Shown here piece by piece: positions 52,297 through 62,872 of a stretch of DNA of 64,000 nt. How positions within the stretch are numbered: position 1 is the first letter of the stretch; each line of letters starts with the position of its first letter. Below the pieces are notes generated by a model. The model was not told where the DNA came from, ran no database searches, and was given only the letters and a program-made list of their open reading frames with translations. The stretch is from Tolypothrix carrinoi HA7290-LM1 (GTDB taxonomy: Bacteria > Cyanobacteriota > Cyanobacteriia > Cyanobacteriales > Nostocaceae), in contig JAHHIK010000036.1 of NCBI GenBank assembly GCA_019358935.1, positions 1-64,000 of the forward strand, given 5' to 3'. The translations under genes and the position numbers were made by a program.

Positions 52297-52698
52297 CTAA
52301 TTAGATGAAGCTAGATTGCCTTCTTCAAAAGCAACTTGAGAAAATTCTGGTTCGACTGCCGTCAGATGCTTTTCCAAAATTGCTAAATTGCGGATGTTAG
52401 ACTTATAAACAGCATCAAATAAGTCACCCACTAAAGGCACTGTACCAACGACTGCTTCCAAACCAACGTTGAAAATCATTTGCCTTAAGTCTTGATTTGG
52501 AATACCGACGCGGGTTGCTAAATATATTATATAAGCGGAAAATGCTGTACTGATTAAATCACCAGCACCAGGAACAAGACCAAGAATTGGGTCTAACCCA
52601 AAACGAAAGCGCGTCCCAGGAATACCGATAGATGTATCCATCAGACGGCTGAGTTTACGAATGCGGTTGAGAGTAGCTAGGCGTTTAGTGGTGTCCAT
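52297..52698 (-). CDS. DUF4112 domain protein
   Basis: LMDTSIGIPGTRFRFGLDPILGLVPGAGD, VPLVGDLFD..KSNIRN. Confidence 0.88.
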   Translation of the reverse strand: MDTTKRLATLNRIRKLSRLMDTSIGIPGTRFRFGLDPILGLVPGAGDLISTAFSAYIIYLATRVGIPNQDLRQMIFNVGLEAVVGTVPLVGDLFDAVYKSNIRNLAILEKHLTAVEPEFSQVAFEEGNLASSN

Positions 52699-52955
52699 AA
52701 TTTACAATATTTGCACTTTTGTTTGATATTTGTCTTATACCGTAAGAAAGAGTTTAGGAGTTAGGAGTTAGGAGTTAGGAGTTAGGAGTTAGGAGTTAGG
52801 AGTAGAGACGCGATTAATCGCGTCTGTACAAAAGTAAAATATTGACAAATATAGCTTAATGACTTTTTAAGTATTAGGTAGATTTTATAATTTTCCGGGG
52901 CTAATTCTCAAAACCAAGGATAGAATAACAAAAAATTAAGAGGGAAAGAGAACTT

Positions 52956-54227
52956 GTGGTGATGACACCCGACATTCCCAAATTGCCCCTACCATCTCCA
53001 TTTTTGGGGTCTGAAGTTGGTACTTTTACTGAGTATACAGTAACTCAACGAATGCCTGCGATCGCACGCCGAATCATCGCTGAAAATAATTACCCGCAAA
53101 ACATTAATGCTTGCTTAAAACAACTAGCTAGTGAGTTCCCCTCAGAACCTTTGTCACCTCTTTTACATGACACTGGTGTTGATTTTTCAGACTGGATGAA
53201 ATATCTACAACCATTCAAAGGTAAGCGTTGGATTGATGTTCCCTGGTTCTTAGCAGAAACTTATTTTTATCGTCTAATTCTGGAAATTACTAATTACTTT
53301 CGCAGGAGTGAATTCCAAGGTGTCGATCCATTTCAATTACAGAAAAATAAAGATTTAGAAACATCTATTGACTCGATAAACCCTTTATGCATTCAACTTA
53401 ATCAATGGTTAGCTGATGCACAAAAAGAGGAATTAAATCAAACAGCTTTGATTGCTTTGTTATATTTTGCTCTGTGGGGAAATCGTGTTGACTTAAGTTT
53501 GTGGTCAGCATTGGAGAGCGATGGCTTCTCTTCGAGACGCTCCGCGAACGCCAACGCCAAGGGCGAACGCAGTCGTTTTGATATTCAAAGCCAACAATCT
53601 CACATTTTAGTCGATGATGCCGCCAAAGTCACGAAATTGTTAGCGACTAAGGGTAAACGCATTGACTTTGTAATAGATAATGCTGGTTTTGAACTAGTTT
53701 GCGACTTATGTTTGGTAGATTTTCTCTTGGGTAGTGGTATAGCAAGTCAAGTGAAGCTGCATTTAAAGCCTCACCCGACTTTTGTCTCTGATGCCATGAT
53801 TAAAGATGTGCTGCATACAATCGACTTTTTAGCAGCTTCCAATCATGAAGATGTTACATTATTTGCCAAGCGGTTGCAAGAAAATATTGCCTCAAATCGC
53901 TTAGTTTTATCTGAAGATTACTTTTGGACATCACCTTTAGCTTTTTGGGAAATACCCGACACACTCAAAAGTGATTTATCAGCCGCGAATTTGATTGTAA
54001 TTAAAGGTGATGCGAATTATCGCCGATTATTAGGCGATCGCCATTGGGATTTTACCACGAACTTTGCAGATATCGTATCTTACTTCAGCGTCCCCATCGT
54101 CGCTTTACGCACTCTCAAGTCAGAAGTCGTCGCTGGGTTAAAACCGGAAGTTATTGAACAAGTAGCAAAATCTGACTCTGATTGGCTCACTAATGGACAA
54201 TGGGGTGCGATTCAATTGGTAGACTAG
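52956..54227 (+). CDS. ARMT1/DUF89-like damage-control phosphatase
   Basis: WFLAETYFYR, LWGNRVDLS, DNAGFEL, FVSDA, KGDANYRRL. Confidence 0.88.
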   Translation: MVMTPDIPKLPLPSPFLGSEVGTFTEYTVTQRMPAIARRIIAENNYPQNINACLKQLASEFPSEPLSPLLHDTGVDFSDWMKYLQPFKGKRWIDVPWFLAETYFYRLILEITNYFRRSEFQGVDPFQLQKNKDLETSIDSINPLCIQLNQWLADAQKEELNQTALIALLYFALWGNRVDLSLWSALESDGFSSRRSANANAKGERSRFDIQSQQSHILVDDAAKVTKLLATKGKRIDFVIDNAGFELVCDLCLVDFLLGSGIASQVKLHLKPHPTFVSDAMIKDVLHTIDFLAASNHEDVTLFAKRLQENIASNRLVLSEDYFWTSPLAFWEIPDTLKSDLSAANLIVIKGDANYRRLLGDRHWDFTTNFADIVSYFSVPIVALRTLKSEVVAGLKPEVIEQVAKSDSDWLTNGQWGAIQLVD

Positions 54228-54269
54228 ACTTACCTGAGGTGATTTAATAATCTTTGGTGAGAAAAAGCG

Positions 54270-55067
54270 ATGACTATTGAACCTGTCAGCCTTGTTTTAC
54301 CAGACCATACGCAGCTACCAGAATCAGACGGAACCTTCGTGAAGAATTTTCAGGAGCATCCCCAGAGTATCCTGCTGACAGACTCAATTCAACCGCGTTT
54401 GCAACAAATTCACGCAGATGGGCAATACTGTATTGGGCAAGATTGCGGTATATACTGGCGGATGACTACTCCTCCAGAACGAGGCGCCGAAGCACCAGAT
54501 TGGTTTTATGTTGCGAATGTCCCCCCAACTCTTAACGGTGAACTGCGACGCTCTTATGTATTATGGCAGGAACTGATCGCACCGTTGATTGTTTTGGAAT
54601 TTGTCTCTGGTAACGGGGAACAAGAGCGAGATAATACACCTTTTGAAGGCAAATTTTGGATTTACGAACAAGTTATTCGTCCTGCTTTCTACGGTATTTA
54701 CGAAGTGAAAAAGGCAGCAGTAGAAGTTTATCAAATGGTTGCGGGTAACTACCAGTTGATGGCTGCTAATGAAAGAGGACATTATGCGATCGCTCCTTTG
54801 AAAGTAGAGTTAGGTATATGGCTTGGTGAGTATCTCAATGCCAATTTACCCTGGTTGCGTTGGTGGGATGACCAAGGAAATCTTCTGCTGACTGGTGATG
54901 AACGCGCAAAACAAGAACACCAACGCGCTGAACAAGAACACCAACGCGCTGAACAAGAACACCAACGCGCTGAACAACAACATCAACGCGCTGAACAAGC
55001 TGAAGCAGAAAATGCACGTTTACGCGAACAATTACGCGCTTTGGGTGTAAATCCTGATTCCTTGTAA
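54270..55067 (+). CDS. Uma2/DUF820 family endonuclease
   Basis: LPESDG, APDWFYV, LEFVS, WLRWWD; C-terminal EQEHQRA 21-bp repeats. Confidence 0.9.
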   Translation: MTIEPVSLVLPDHTQLPESDGTFVKNFQEHPQSILLTDSIQPRLQQIHADGQYCIGQDCGIYWRMTTPPERGAEAPDWFYVANVPPTLNGELRRSYVLWQELIAPLIVLEFVSGNGEQERDNTPFEGKFWIYEQVIRPAFYGIYEVKKAAVEVYQMVAGNYQLMAANERGHYAIAPLKVELGIWLGEYLNANLPWLRWWDDQGNLLLTGDERAKQEHQRAEQEHQRAEQEHQRAEQQHQRAEQAEAENARLREQLRALGVNPDSL

Positions 55068-55140
55068 TGAAATAGTTACTAAAGAGCCAGTCCACCAATA
55101 TATGTTGACAAAAACGCTCCTGTGATGTAAATGTTGAACT

Positions 55141-55719
55141 TTAAGCCTGCCCAGCCGACAATATTTGGGCTGCGGTCAAATCCAGCATTGGAAAAGTCGC
55201 TGACTTAATAAGCTCTGTTCCTTCAAACACAGTTTCTTCATACAGCCCATCTATCAGAGTCAGCAGGGTAATTCTAGCTCTATCGGCATCAACAATCCAG
55301 TATTCAGGGATACCCCGTGCTGCGTACTCAGAACGCTTATAGCGGTAGTCTCTATCCTCATTTACCTTTCCTGGGGAGACAACCTCAACCACCATTGCTG
55401 GGGAAGGCATATCTGGAGCGATCGTAGCCCGTCTTCCTGCGATCGCTTCTAATAACTCCTGCGTCAAGATCATCAAGTCAGGCAGTCGCACACGAGTCCG
55501 GTTGCCTATGACCACGAGTTCTGTATCTTTATGGCGGATGAGTTGAATCGGGACAAACTTGAGAAACTGTGACAGTAAATAGAGAGAAATTAAGTTATTT
55601 CTATCACTTTCCGGTGGCATTTCAACCAACTCTCCATCCACAAGTTCGTACCGAGCATCTGTGCCATCATCATAGGCAAGATACTCGTTCAGAGTGAGTT
55701 TCTTGACTGCTGCGATCAT
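55141..55719 (-). CDS. Uma2/DUF820 family endonuclease
   Basis: YELVDGEL, PDL, VVEVVSP, KRSEYAARGIPEYWIVD. Confidence 0.92.
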   Translation of the reverse strand: MIAAVKKLTLNEYLAYDDGTDARYELVDGELVEMPPESDRNNLISLYLLSQFLKFVPIQLIRHKDTELVVIGNRTRVRLPDLMILTQELLEAIAGRRATIAPDMPSPAMVVEVVSPGKVNEDRDYRYKRSEYAARGIPEYWIVDADRARITLLTLIDGLYEETVFEGTELIKSATFPMLDLTAAQILSAGQA

Positions 55720-55980
55720 AAGCTTTTTGACTTAATCATCACTCTAAACCTATATTTTACCTCTATTCTGCGATGTTGATATTTTAATAGCTAATTGGGA
55801 ACAATAAATCGTCGTCTCTACAATATGCATGATTTGCCGGACACCTATTAAATGTAGCTTTGATTACTTTCACAAGATTTTCATCTGTGCAAGCCAAACT
55901 GCAATAAATGTGACAAACTTGATACAAAGAAATTTGTTAAGAATAGTAACAACGAAAGTTTGAAAAAGGAAACATTTCTT

Positions 55981-57339
55981 ATGACATCACTTGACAATCA
56001 GCCACCCCATCAGGTAGTAATCGTTGGTGGTGGTTTTGGTGGACTTTATGCCGCGAAAGCCTTAGCCAAAGCTTCAGTAAACGTTACACTGATTGATAAA
56101 CGGAACTTTCATCTATTTCAACCGCTTTTGTATCAAGTTGCGACAGGTGCGTTATCTCCCGCTGATATTTCTTCGCCATTGCGATCGGTGTTGAGTAAGA
56201 GTAAAAATACAAAAGTGCTGCTAGGTGAAGTGAATGATATCGATCCAGAAGCGCAAAAAGTGATTTTGGGTGATGAAGTAGTACCTTACGATACGTTAAT
56301 TGTCGCTACAGGTGCAAAACATTCTTACTTTGGTAAAGACGACTGGGAAGAATTTGCACCGGGTTTGAAAACTGTGGAAGATGCGTTGTTAATGCGTCGT
56401 CGCATCTTTACGGCATTTGAAGCTGCTGAAAAGGAAATTGATCCAGAAGTGCGGCGTGCTTGGTTAACATTTGTAATAGTTGGTGGTGGTCCAACCGGTG
56501 TAGAATTAGCAGGAGCGATCGCCGAATTAGCATACCACACCCTGAAAGAAGATTTTCGCAACATCGACACTTCCGAAGCGCAAGTTTTGCTTCTCGAAGG
56601 TATGGATCGCATTCTCCCACCTTTCGCACCCGAATTATCAGTTGAAGCGGAAGCATCTTTAACGAGGATGGGTGTCACGGTACAGACAAAAGCATTGGTA
56701 ACGAATATAGAAGATGATGTCGTTACTATCAAACAAAATGATGGGGTTACACAGATTGCTGCAAAAACGGTATTATGGGCAGCAGGTGTCAAAGCGTCGG
56801 CAATGGGAAAAGTTTTGACAGAACGAACTTTTGCGGAATGCGATCGCGCTGGACGAGTGATTGTTGAACCCGACTTAAGTATTAAAGGATATCCGAATAT
56901 TTTTGTAGTTGGTGACTTAGCAAATTTTTCCTATCAAAATGGTAAACCTTTACCCGGTGTCGCACCCGTAGCCAAGCAAGAAGGAGAATACGTAGCTTCG
57001 CTGATTCAACAAAAACTTCAAGGTAAAAGTTTACCACCGTTTCACTACATTGATCGCGGTAGTTTAGCGATGATTGGGCAAAATTTAGCCGTTGTGGATT
57101 TAGGTTTTATTAAACTGACAGGTTTCTTAGCTTGGCTATTTTGGTTATTGATTCACATCTACTTCTTAATTGAGTTTGACAACAAATTAGTAGTGATGAT
57201 TCAGTGGGGCTGGAACTATTTTACTCGCAATCGCGGCGCAAGATTGATTACAGGTAAAGAAATGCTCCAGGAAATAGAAGTTGAAGACAATAACGGTTAT
57301 TACAAATCACTGAAAAAGAAACAGGCAGTTAATGTTTAG
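55981..57339 (+). CDS. Type II NADH dehydrogenase (NDH-2)
   Basis: GGGFGGL, FQPLLYQVATG, GGGPTGVELAG, WAAG. Confidence 0.92.
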   Translation: MTSLDNQPPHQVVIVGGGFGGLYAAKALAKASVNVTLIDKRNFHLFQPLLYQVATGALSPADISSPLRSVLSKSKNTKVLLGEVNDIDPEAQKVILGDEVVPYDTLIVATGAKHSYFGKDDWEEFAPGLKTVEDALLMRRRIFTAFEAAEKEIDPEVRRAWLTFVIVGGGPTGVELAGAIAELAYHTLKEDFRNIDTSEAQVLLLEGMDRILPPFAPELSVEAEASLTRMGVTVQTKALVTNIEDDVVTIKQNDGVTQIAAKTVLWAAGVKASAMGKVLTERTFAECDRAGRVIVEPDLSIKGYPNIFVVGDLANFSYQNGKPLPGVAPVAKQEGEYVASLIQQKLQGKSLPPFHYIDRGSLAMIGQNLAVVDLGFIKLTGFLAWLFWLLIHIYFLIEFDNKLVVMIQWGWNYFTRNRGARLITGKEMLQEIEVEDNNGYYKSLKKKQAVNV

Positions 57340-57361
57340 AGAACAATAAAGTTTTTTTGTC

Positions 57362-57448
57362 AGAATCCCGGTTTCTTGAAGAAACCGGGATTCTCTTTGT
57401 TTGTTCAACAAACCGGGATTCTCTTTTCTTGAAGCCGGGATTCTCTTT
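57362..57448 (+). terminator. Palindromic repeat or terminator after NDH-2 with triplicated 3' arm
   Basis: AGAATCCCGGTTTCTT-G-AAGAAACCGGGATTCT, then two further CCGGGATTCTCTTT copies. Confidence 0.55.
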
Positions 57449-57550
57449 GCTATATTTTAGACCAGATATGCCCAATGCTGTCTTTTAAGATATTACTTAT
57501 TTATTTGGTGAAAACCAGTACATTAGATTTAGGGATTCAAAAATAAACTG

Positions 57551-58834
57551 ATGAAAGCAAACGCTTCTAGTTTTGCATCTATCGTAGGGGAAGATAATGC
57601 TGTCTGCGTATGGGAAGATATCGAACTTAGTCGCCAAGAGCGTATTCTACAGGCGATAATGCCTGGAAGCGTTCCTAGTTGCATTGTCTATCCTCACACT
57701 ACCGAAGAATTAGCACAAGCGATCGCCCACGCTCACCAAAATAACTGGCGCGTTTTAATCTGCGGTAATTGTAGTAAAATCAGTTGGGGCGGTTTAGCAA
57801 CTTGCGTTGATGTGGTAATCAGTACCGAACGCATTAACCGACTAATTGAACATGCAGTTGGGGATTTGACTGTCACCGTAGAAGCGGGAATGAAATTCTC
57901 GAAGCTCCAGGCAATTTTAGCAGATCGTCTGCAATTTCTCGCCCTCGATCCTACCACACCAGAGTCAGCAACTATTGGTGGAATTATCGCCACAGCTGAT
58001 ACAAATTCTTTGCGACAACGTTACGGCAGTGTGCGCGATCAACTTTTGGGTATTACCTTTGTCCGTGCTGATGGACAAATCGCCAAAGCTGGGGGACGTG
58101 TGGTGAAAAATGTTGCCGGCTACGATTTGATGAAGTTGTTTACTGGCTCTTACAGCACACTTGGGATTATAAGTCAAGCAACTTTTCGAGTTTATCCGTT
58201 GCCGGAGATATCGGGGACGGTGGTGTTAACTGGTAGGGCTCTTGCTATATCTCAAGCTGCGGAAACTCTGCGAGGTTCGGCACTGACACCAACTGGTGCT
58301 GATTTGCTTTCAAGTCAAGTTGTGTCTAATTTAGGTTTGGGTAAGGGTTTGGGTTTAATTGCTCGCTTTCAAAGTATAGTTGAGAGTGTGAAGGAACAGT
58401 CAAACCGACTTTTGGAAGTAGGGGAAAAGTTGGGTTTAGAAGGAACGATTTATTCTGCGGCAGATGAAGCTGATTTATGGCAGAAATTGCGAGAGCAAAT
58501 GCATTCTGGTGTTAGGGATGTAATTATTTGCAAAATAGGAGTGTTACCTACTGCTGGGGTGGAAGTTTTGACTCAAGTAGAGGTGGGGTTGGTTCATATT
58601 AATAGTGGTTTAGGGGTGTTGCGGCTTGAGGGTGAAGGTGAGGTTGTCAAGATGCGATCGCTCTGTGAAGGTAATAGTGGTTTCCTCACTATTTTGTCTG
58701 CACCGATTGCTGTAAAACAAAAAGTAGATGTGTGGGGATATAGGGGTAATGCTTTGCAGATTATGCGGGGTATTAAAAAAGAGTTTGATGGGAAGAATAT
58801 TTTAAGCCCTGGTCGTTTTGTGGCGGGGATTTGA
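57551..58834 (+). CDS. glcE: Glycolate oxidase FAD-binding subunit
   Basis: DLTVTVEAG, GGRVVKNVAGYDLMKLFTGS; adjacent to glcF. Confidence 0.85.
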   Translation: MKANASSFASIVGEDNAVCVWEDIELSRQERILQAIMPGSVPSCIVYPHTTEELAQAIAHAHQNNWRVLICGNCSKISWGGLATCVDVVISTERINRLIEHAVGDLTVTVEAGMKFSKLQAILADRLQFLALDPTTPESATIGGIIATADTNSLRQRYGSVRDQLLGITFVRADGQIAKAGGRVVKNVAGYDLMKLFTGSYSTLGIISQATFRVYPLPEISGTVVLTGRALAISQAAETLRGSALTPTGADLLSSQVVSNLGLGKGLGLIARFQSIVESVKEQSNRLLEVGEKLGLEGTIYSAADEADLWQKLREQMHSGVRDVIICKIGVLPTAGVEVLTQVEVGLVHINSGLGVLRLEGEGEVVKMRSLCEGNSGFLTILSAPIAVKQKVDVWGYRGNALQIMRGIKKEFDGKNILSPGRFVAGI

Positions 58835-58887
58835 GAAGAGAAACGAACCGCGAAGGCGCGAAGAACGCGAAGAAAGAGGGGAAAGGT

Positions 58888-60234
58888 ATGCAGGTTTCGG
58901 ATAATAATACGGCTAGTTTGAAGAATTTAAAAGGGTTTGATGCGAATCATCCGCCTGAGCCGAAGTTGATTGATAGTTGTGTGCATTGTGGGTTTTGTCT
59001 TTCGACTTGTCCTAGTTATAGGGTGCTTGGTAAGGAGATGGATTCTCCGCGAGGAAGAATCTATTTGATGGATGCAATTAATGAGGGGGAAATTGCGCTA
59101 AATGAGGCGACGGCATCACATTTTGATTCGTGTTTGGGATGTCTTGCTTGTGTGACTACTTGTCCTTCTGGTGTGCAGTATGACAAGTTAATTTCGGCTA
59201 CTCGTCCGCAAGTTGAAAGGAATTATCCGCGCAGTTTGCCTGATAGGTTATTTCGCCAATTGATATTTTCTCTGTTTCCTTATCCGAATCGGTTAAGGTT
59301 TTTATTGGTTCCATTGTTGGTTTATCAAAAGTTGGGTTTGAATAAATTTGTGCGTTTTACTGGTTTATTACCGCGCATATCTCCCCGCTTGGCTGCAATG
59401 GAATCAATTTTGCCGGAAGTTACTTTAAAATCTTTTCAAGATAATTTGCCTACTGTTATTAAGGCAAAAGGTGAAAAACGTTATCGTGTTGGTGTGATTT
59501 TGGGTTGCGTGCAACGCCTATTTTTCTCGCCGGTGAATGAAGCAACGGTGCGAGTTTTAACGGCGAATGGTTGTGAGGTTGTGATTCCTAAATCTCAAGG
59601 TTGTTGTGCCGCGCTTCCGGAACATCAAGGACAAACTGAACAAGCGAAGGCTTTGGCGAGACAGATGATTGATAGTTTTGCCGACACTAATGTGGATGCG
59701 GTGATTATCAATGCGGCTGGTTGCGGTCATACTTTAAAAGAATACGGTCATATGTTAGAAGATGACCCAGAATATCGAGAAAAGGCAAAGGAATTTGCTA
59801 GTAAGGTAAAGGATGCACAAGAGTTTTTGGCAACAATTGGTTTAACGGCGAAACTGTCACCAATTGCTGAGAAACCGTTGAATTTAGTTTATCAAGATGC
59901 TTGTCATTTATTGCATGGACAAAAGATTAGCGTGCAACCGCGTCAGTTATTGCGGCAAATTCCAGGGGTGAAGTTGAGAGAACCGATTGACGCGGCTTTG
60001 TGTTGTGGCAGTGCGGGAGTTTACAACATGCTGCAACCGGATGTTGCTGATGAATTGGGTAAGCAAAAGGTGCAGAATTTGTTGAATACTAATGCTGATT
60101 TAATTACTTCTGCTAATCCTGGTTGTACGTTGCAAATTACTAAACATTTAAAGTTGCAGGGTAAGGATATTTCGGTGATACATCCGATGGAATTGTTGGA
60201 TTATTCGATAAGGGGTGAGAAGTTGGAGGTTTAA
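58888..60234 (+). CDS. glcF: Glycolate oxidase Fe-S subunit
   Basis: CVHCGFCLSTCP, CLGCLACVTTCPSGV, two CCG domains. Confidence 0.9.
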   Translation: MQVSDNNTASLKNLKGFDANHPPEPKLIDSCVHCGFCLSTCPSYRVLGKEMDSPRGRIYLMDAINEGEIALNEATASHFDSCLGCLACVTTCPSGVQYDKLISATRPQVERNYPRSLPDRLFRQLIFSLFPYPNRLRFLLVPLLVYQKLGLNKFVRFTGLLPRISPRLAAMESILPEVTLKSFQDNLPTVIKAKGEKRYRVGVILGCVQRLFFSPVNEATVRVLTANGCEVVIPKSQGCCAALPEHQGQTEQAKALARQMIDSFADTNVDAVIINAAGCGHTLKEYGHMLEDDPEYREKAKEFASKVKDAQEFLATIGLTAKLSPIAEKPLNLVYQDACHLLHGQKISVQPRQLLRQIPGVKLREPIDAALCCGSAGVYNMLQPDVADELGKQKVQNLLNTNADLITSANPGCTLQITKHLKLQGKDISVIHPMELLDYSIRGEKLEV

Positions 60235-60900
60235 TATCAAAAGCCCTCACCCTAGAAGGGTGGGGCTACACGAACAAAGCCCGCCTGCGCGGGCTTCCTT
60301 ATATTTATATAGAGTTTTTTGATTCTGTTCTAACTGTTCCATTTTGGAAATTAGGGAATTTACATCTAGTTGAGAATCTGAGTAATTCATTTATCGTTCA
60401 CTGTGGTGATTTTACTAATACAAAGTTGACTTGTATGCAACTCTGTATTTAAGTTGCCCTAAATCATGCCCAAAGTAACAATATTTACTCTTTACAACTT
60501 TGTTATTTTGTGCAGTATATATTAAATAGAATTACACCCCCACAGGCAACTTTACATGCGTGCGATCGCACGAGTGCCACTACAGTTTTACCAATCTTAA
60601 GGTGCGATGGGCTTCATCCCCGCCGTAGGCGATCGCACCAAGACGCACTAATTTAACGAGTTGATTATCGGCGTTCAACAGAAGATATCTGCATTCTTAT
60701 AAATCGGGGTTATCTCTGCGTTCATAAATCTCAATGTAGAGGAAATTATCCTTCATGATTTCACGCACCCAAATTTAATGTTCTACCAGAGGTAAAAATA
60801 AGATTTATATACTTGTCATAAATCTACCACAAGGTATTTATAACTAAAAGCGATCGCCTCTAAACTTACAAGACGAAGCTTATTTTTTATCAAAATCTCT

Positions 60901-62199
60901 ATGGTAGATATTTATATTCTCAATCTACTTTTCATTGGTCTACTTTTGCTATTGGTGACGCTAGGTTCAGGCTTCATTTCACGCTTACCTCTTTCCTTTG
61001 CCCTCATCTATCTAGTGGTAGGTATTTTGGTAGGACCTTATGGATTAGGGCTGATTAAATTGCGTCAAGAGGGAACATTCAACGCCGAAATACTAGAAAA
61101 AATAACAGAGTTTGTCGTGATTGTTTCAGTATTCGGTTGCGGCTTAAAAATCGTTCGTCCGTTAAGCTTTAAGGCTTGGGATATTACGACGCGGTTGATT
61201 GTATTTTTGATGCCAATTTCCATTTTTGCGCTAGCCGTAGTGGGCAAATTCTTTTTAGGAATCAATTGGGGAGAGGCAATTTTATTAGGAGCAATTTTAG
61301 CACCAACTGACCCAGTTTTAGCATCAGAAGTACAACTGACAGATACAAACGACCAAGATGAGTTACGCTTCGGTTTAACTTCTGAAGGTGGTTTAAATGA
61401 TGCTCTAGCTTTTCCCTTTGTTTATTTTGGCATTCATGCCTTAAAAGATGATAATTGGAACAACTGGTTGAAACAATGGGTTGCAGTTGATTTAATTTGG
61501 GCGATCGCTTCTGGTATCGTCATGGGAATTATCGTTGCCAAAGCAGTAGTTTGGTTCGATAAAAAAGTTCAAAAACGCCGCCTGGTTGATGAGACGATGG
61601 AAGATTTTGTAGCCATCAGCACGATTTTGCTAACTTATTCTTTGACAGAAATTGTTAATGGCTATGGATTTTTGGCAGTATTTGTTGCTGGATTAGTTGT
61701 AGAGCGAAGTTATAGAAATCCAGAGAAACCTCTAGCAGAATTAAAATTTGTAGAGCGAATTGAAAAGCTATCGGAAGTCGGCACAATTTTAATATTGGGG
61801 TCGATATTATTATTTAAGCCGATGCTTGATTATGCTGGTCAATCTTTGTTAGTGATAGTAGTTTTGCTCTTTGTGATTCGACCTGTGGGAGCCTGGATTA
61901 GTACAATGGGTAAGCGATCAAAAGAGTCGCGTCACCGAAAAATGGACTCACGAACCCGCTGGCTATTTGGTTGGTTTGGTATTCGCGGTGTTGGCTCTTT
62001 ATATTATCTGGCTTATGCATTTGGTAATGGTTTAAAAGGCGAACTTGGTGAGCAAATTGGCTGGATTACTTACACAACTATTGTTGTTTCAGTAATTGTA
62101 CATGGAATTAGTTCAACTCCATTAATGAATTGGTACGAGCGCAGAATTGCCAACCATGAAAATGCAACTCCCCCCGCTACAGTTGATGAATTCGAGTGA
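60901..62199 (+). CDS. Cation:proton antiporter (CPA1/NhaP-like)
   Basis: LAPTDPV, SEGGLND, WFGIRGVGS, many TM helices. Confidence 0.9.
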   Translation: MVDIYILNLLFIGLLLLLVTLGSGFISRLPLSFALIYLVVGILVGPYGLGLIKLRQEGTFNAEILEKITEFVVIVSVFGCGLKIVRPLSFKAWDITTRLIVFLMPISIFALAVVGKFFLGINWGEAILLGAILAPTDPVLASEVQLTDTNDQDELRFGLTSEGGLNDALAFPFVYFGIHALKDDNWNNWLKQWVAVDLIWAIASGIVMGIIVAKAVVWFDKKVQKRRLVDETMEDFVAISTILLTYSLTEIVNGYGFLAVFVAGLVVERSYRNPEKPLAELKFVERIEKLSEVGTILILGSILLFKPMLDYAGQSLLVIVVLLFVIRPVGAWISTMGKRSKESRHRKMDSRTRWLFGWFGIRGVGSLYYLAYAFGNGLKGELGEQIGWITYTTIVVSVIVHGISSTPLMNWYERRIANHENATPPATVDEFE

Positions 62200-62344
62200 G
62201 GGATGGGAGAGAGGGGGGAGACAAGGGAGACAAGGGAGAGGGGGGAGACAAGGGAGACAAGGAGGCAAACTCCCCCTTGTCCCCCTTGTCCCCCTTGTCC
62301 CCCTTGTCCCCCTGTCAAGATAGTCCCCCTTCTCTCCTACACCT

Positions 62345-62731
62345 CTACTTCCCTGTCACCTTTTCAATCAGTTCTTTAGCTTTTTCACCGAAACTCTCTG
62401 GAGGATTTTCTGCTTTTTCAGCCTTCACATTCCTTTCGTAAGCCTTCTCCATTGTATTGAGGCTTTTACCATCTTTTATTGCTTGTTCGTAAGCTTCTTG
62501 TCGCTGTTCTTCGCGAAAACCTGCGGCTACGTTACGTTCGTAAGCGCGGTCAATCTTTTCTTCCGGCGTTGGTTTATACTCTGGAGGTATCAGCTTCAAT
62601 TCTTCTAGTGTGGTTGCATAACTAGGCTGAACCACCACGAATAAACCCGACAGGCTAATAAAAATCATCAAACCAAAAACTAAAATGCTTGAAAGTAGTG
62701 CTTGCTTTAAAGTTAATAAAAATCTTGGCAT
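62345..62731 (-). CDS. Hypothetical secreted/membrane-anchored protein
   Basis: Hydrophobic N-terminus ending SYA; charged helical C-terminus EKAKELIEKVTGK. Confidence 0.7.
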   Translation of the reverse strand: MPRFLLTLKQALLSSILVFGLMIFISLSGLFVVVQPSYATTLEELKLIPPEYKPTPEEKIDRAYERNVAAGFREEQRQEAYEQAIKDGKSLNTMEKAYERNVKAEKAENPPESFGEKAKELIEKVTGK

Positions 62732-62872
62732 GGAAAAACCCTCCTAATTTTCTGTTTTGAGCCTTTGTTTTGCGTAAATAAAGACAATTACTTACACCAT
62801 TTACAAGGGTCACAGGCATCCTAAATGTTTCATGACAATTCTTCTTCTATCGGAGGATACATTAATTTTTGG

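Noticed and set aside
54270..55719. Convergent Uma2 pair as a defence system
   Set aside because: Uma2 paralogs are highly expanded in cyanobacteria, so adjacency alone is uninformative
55853..55868. NtcA box GTA-N8-TAC upstream of NDH-2
   Set aside because: A short match with no correctly spaced -10 element, so it could be chance
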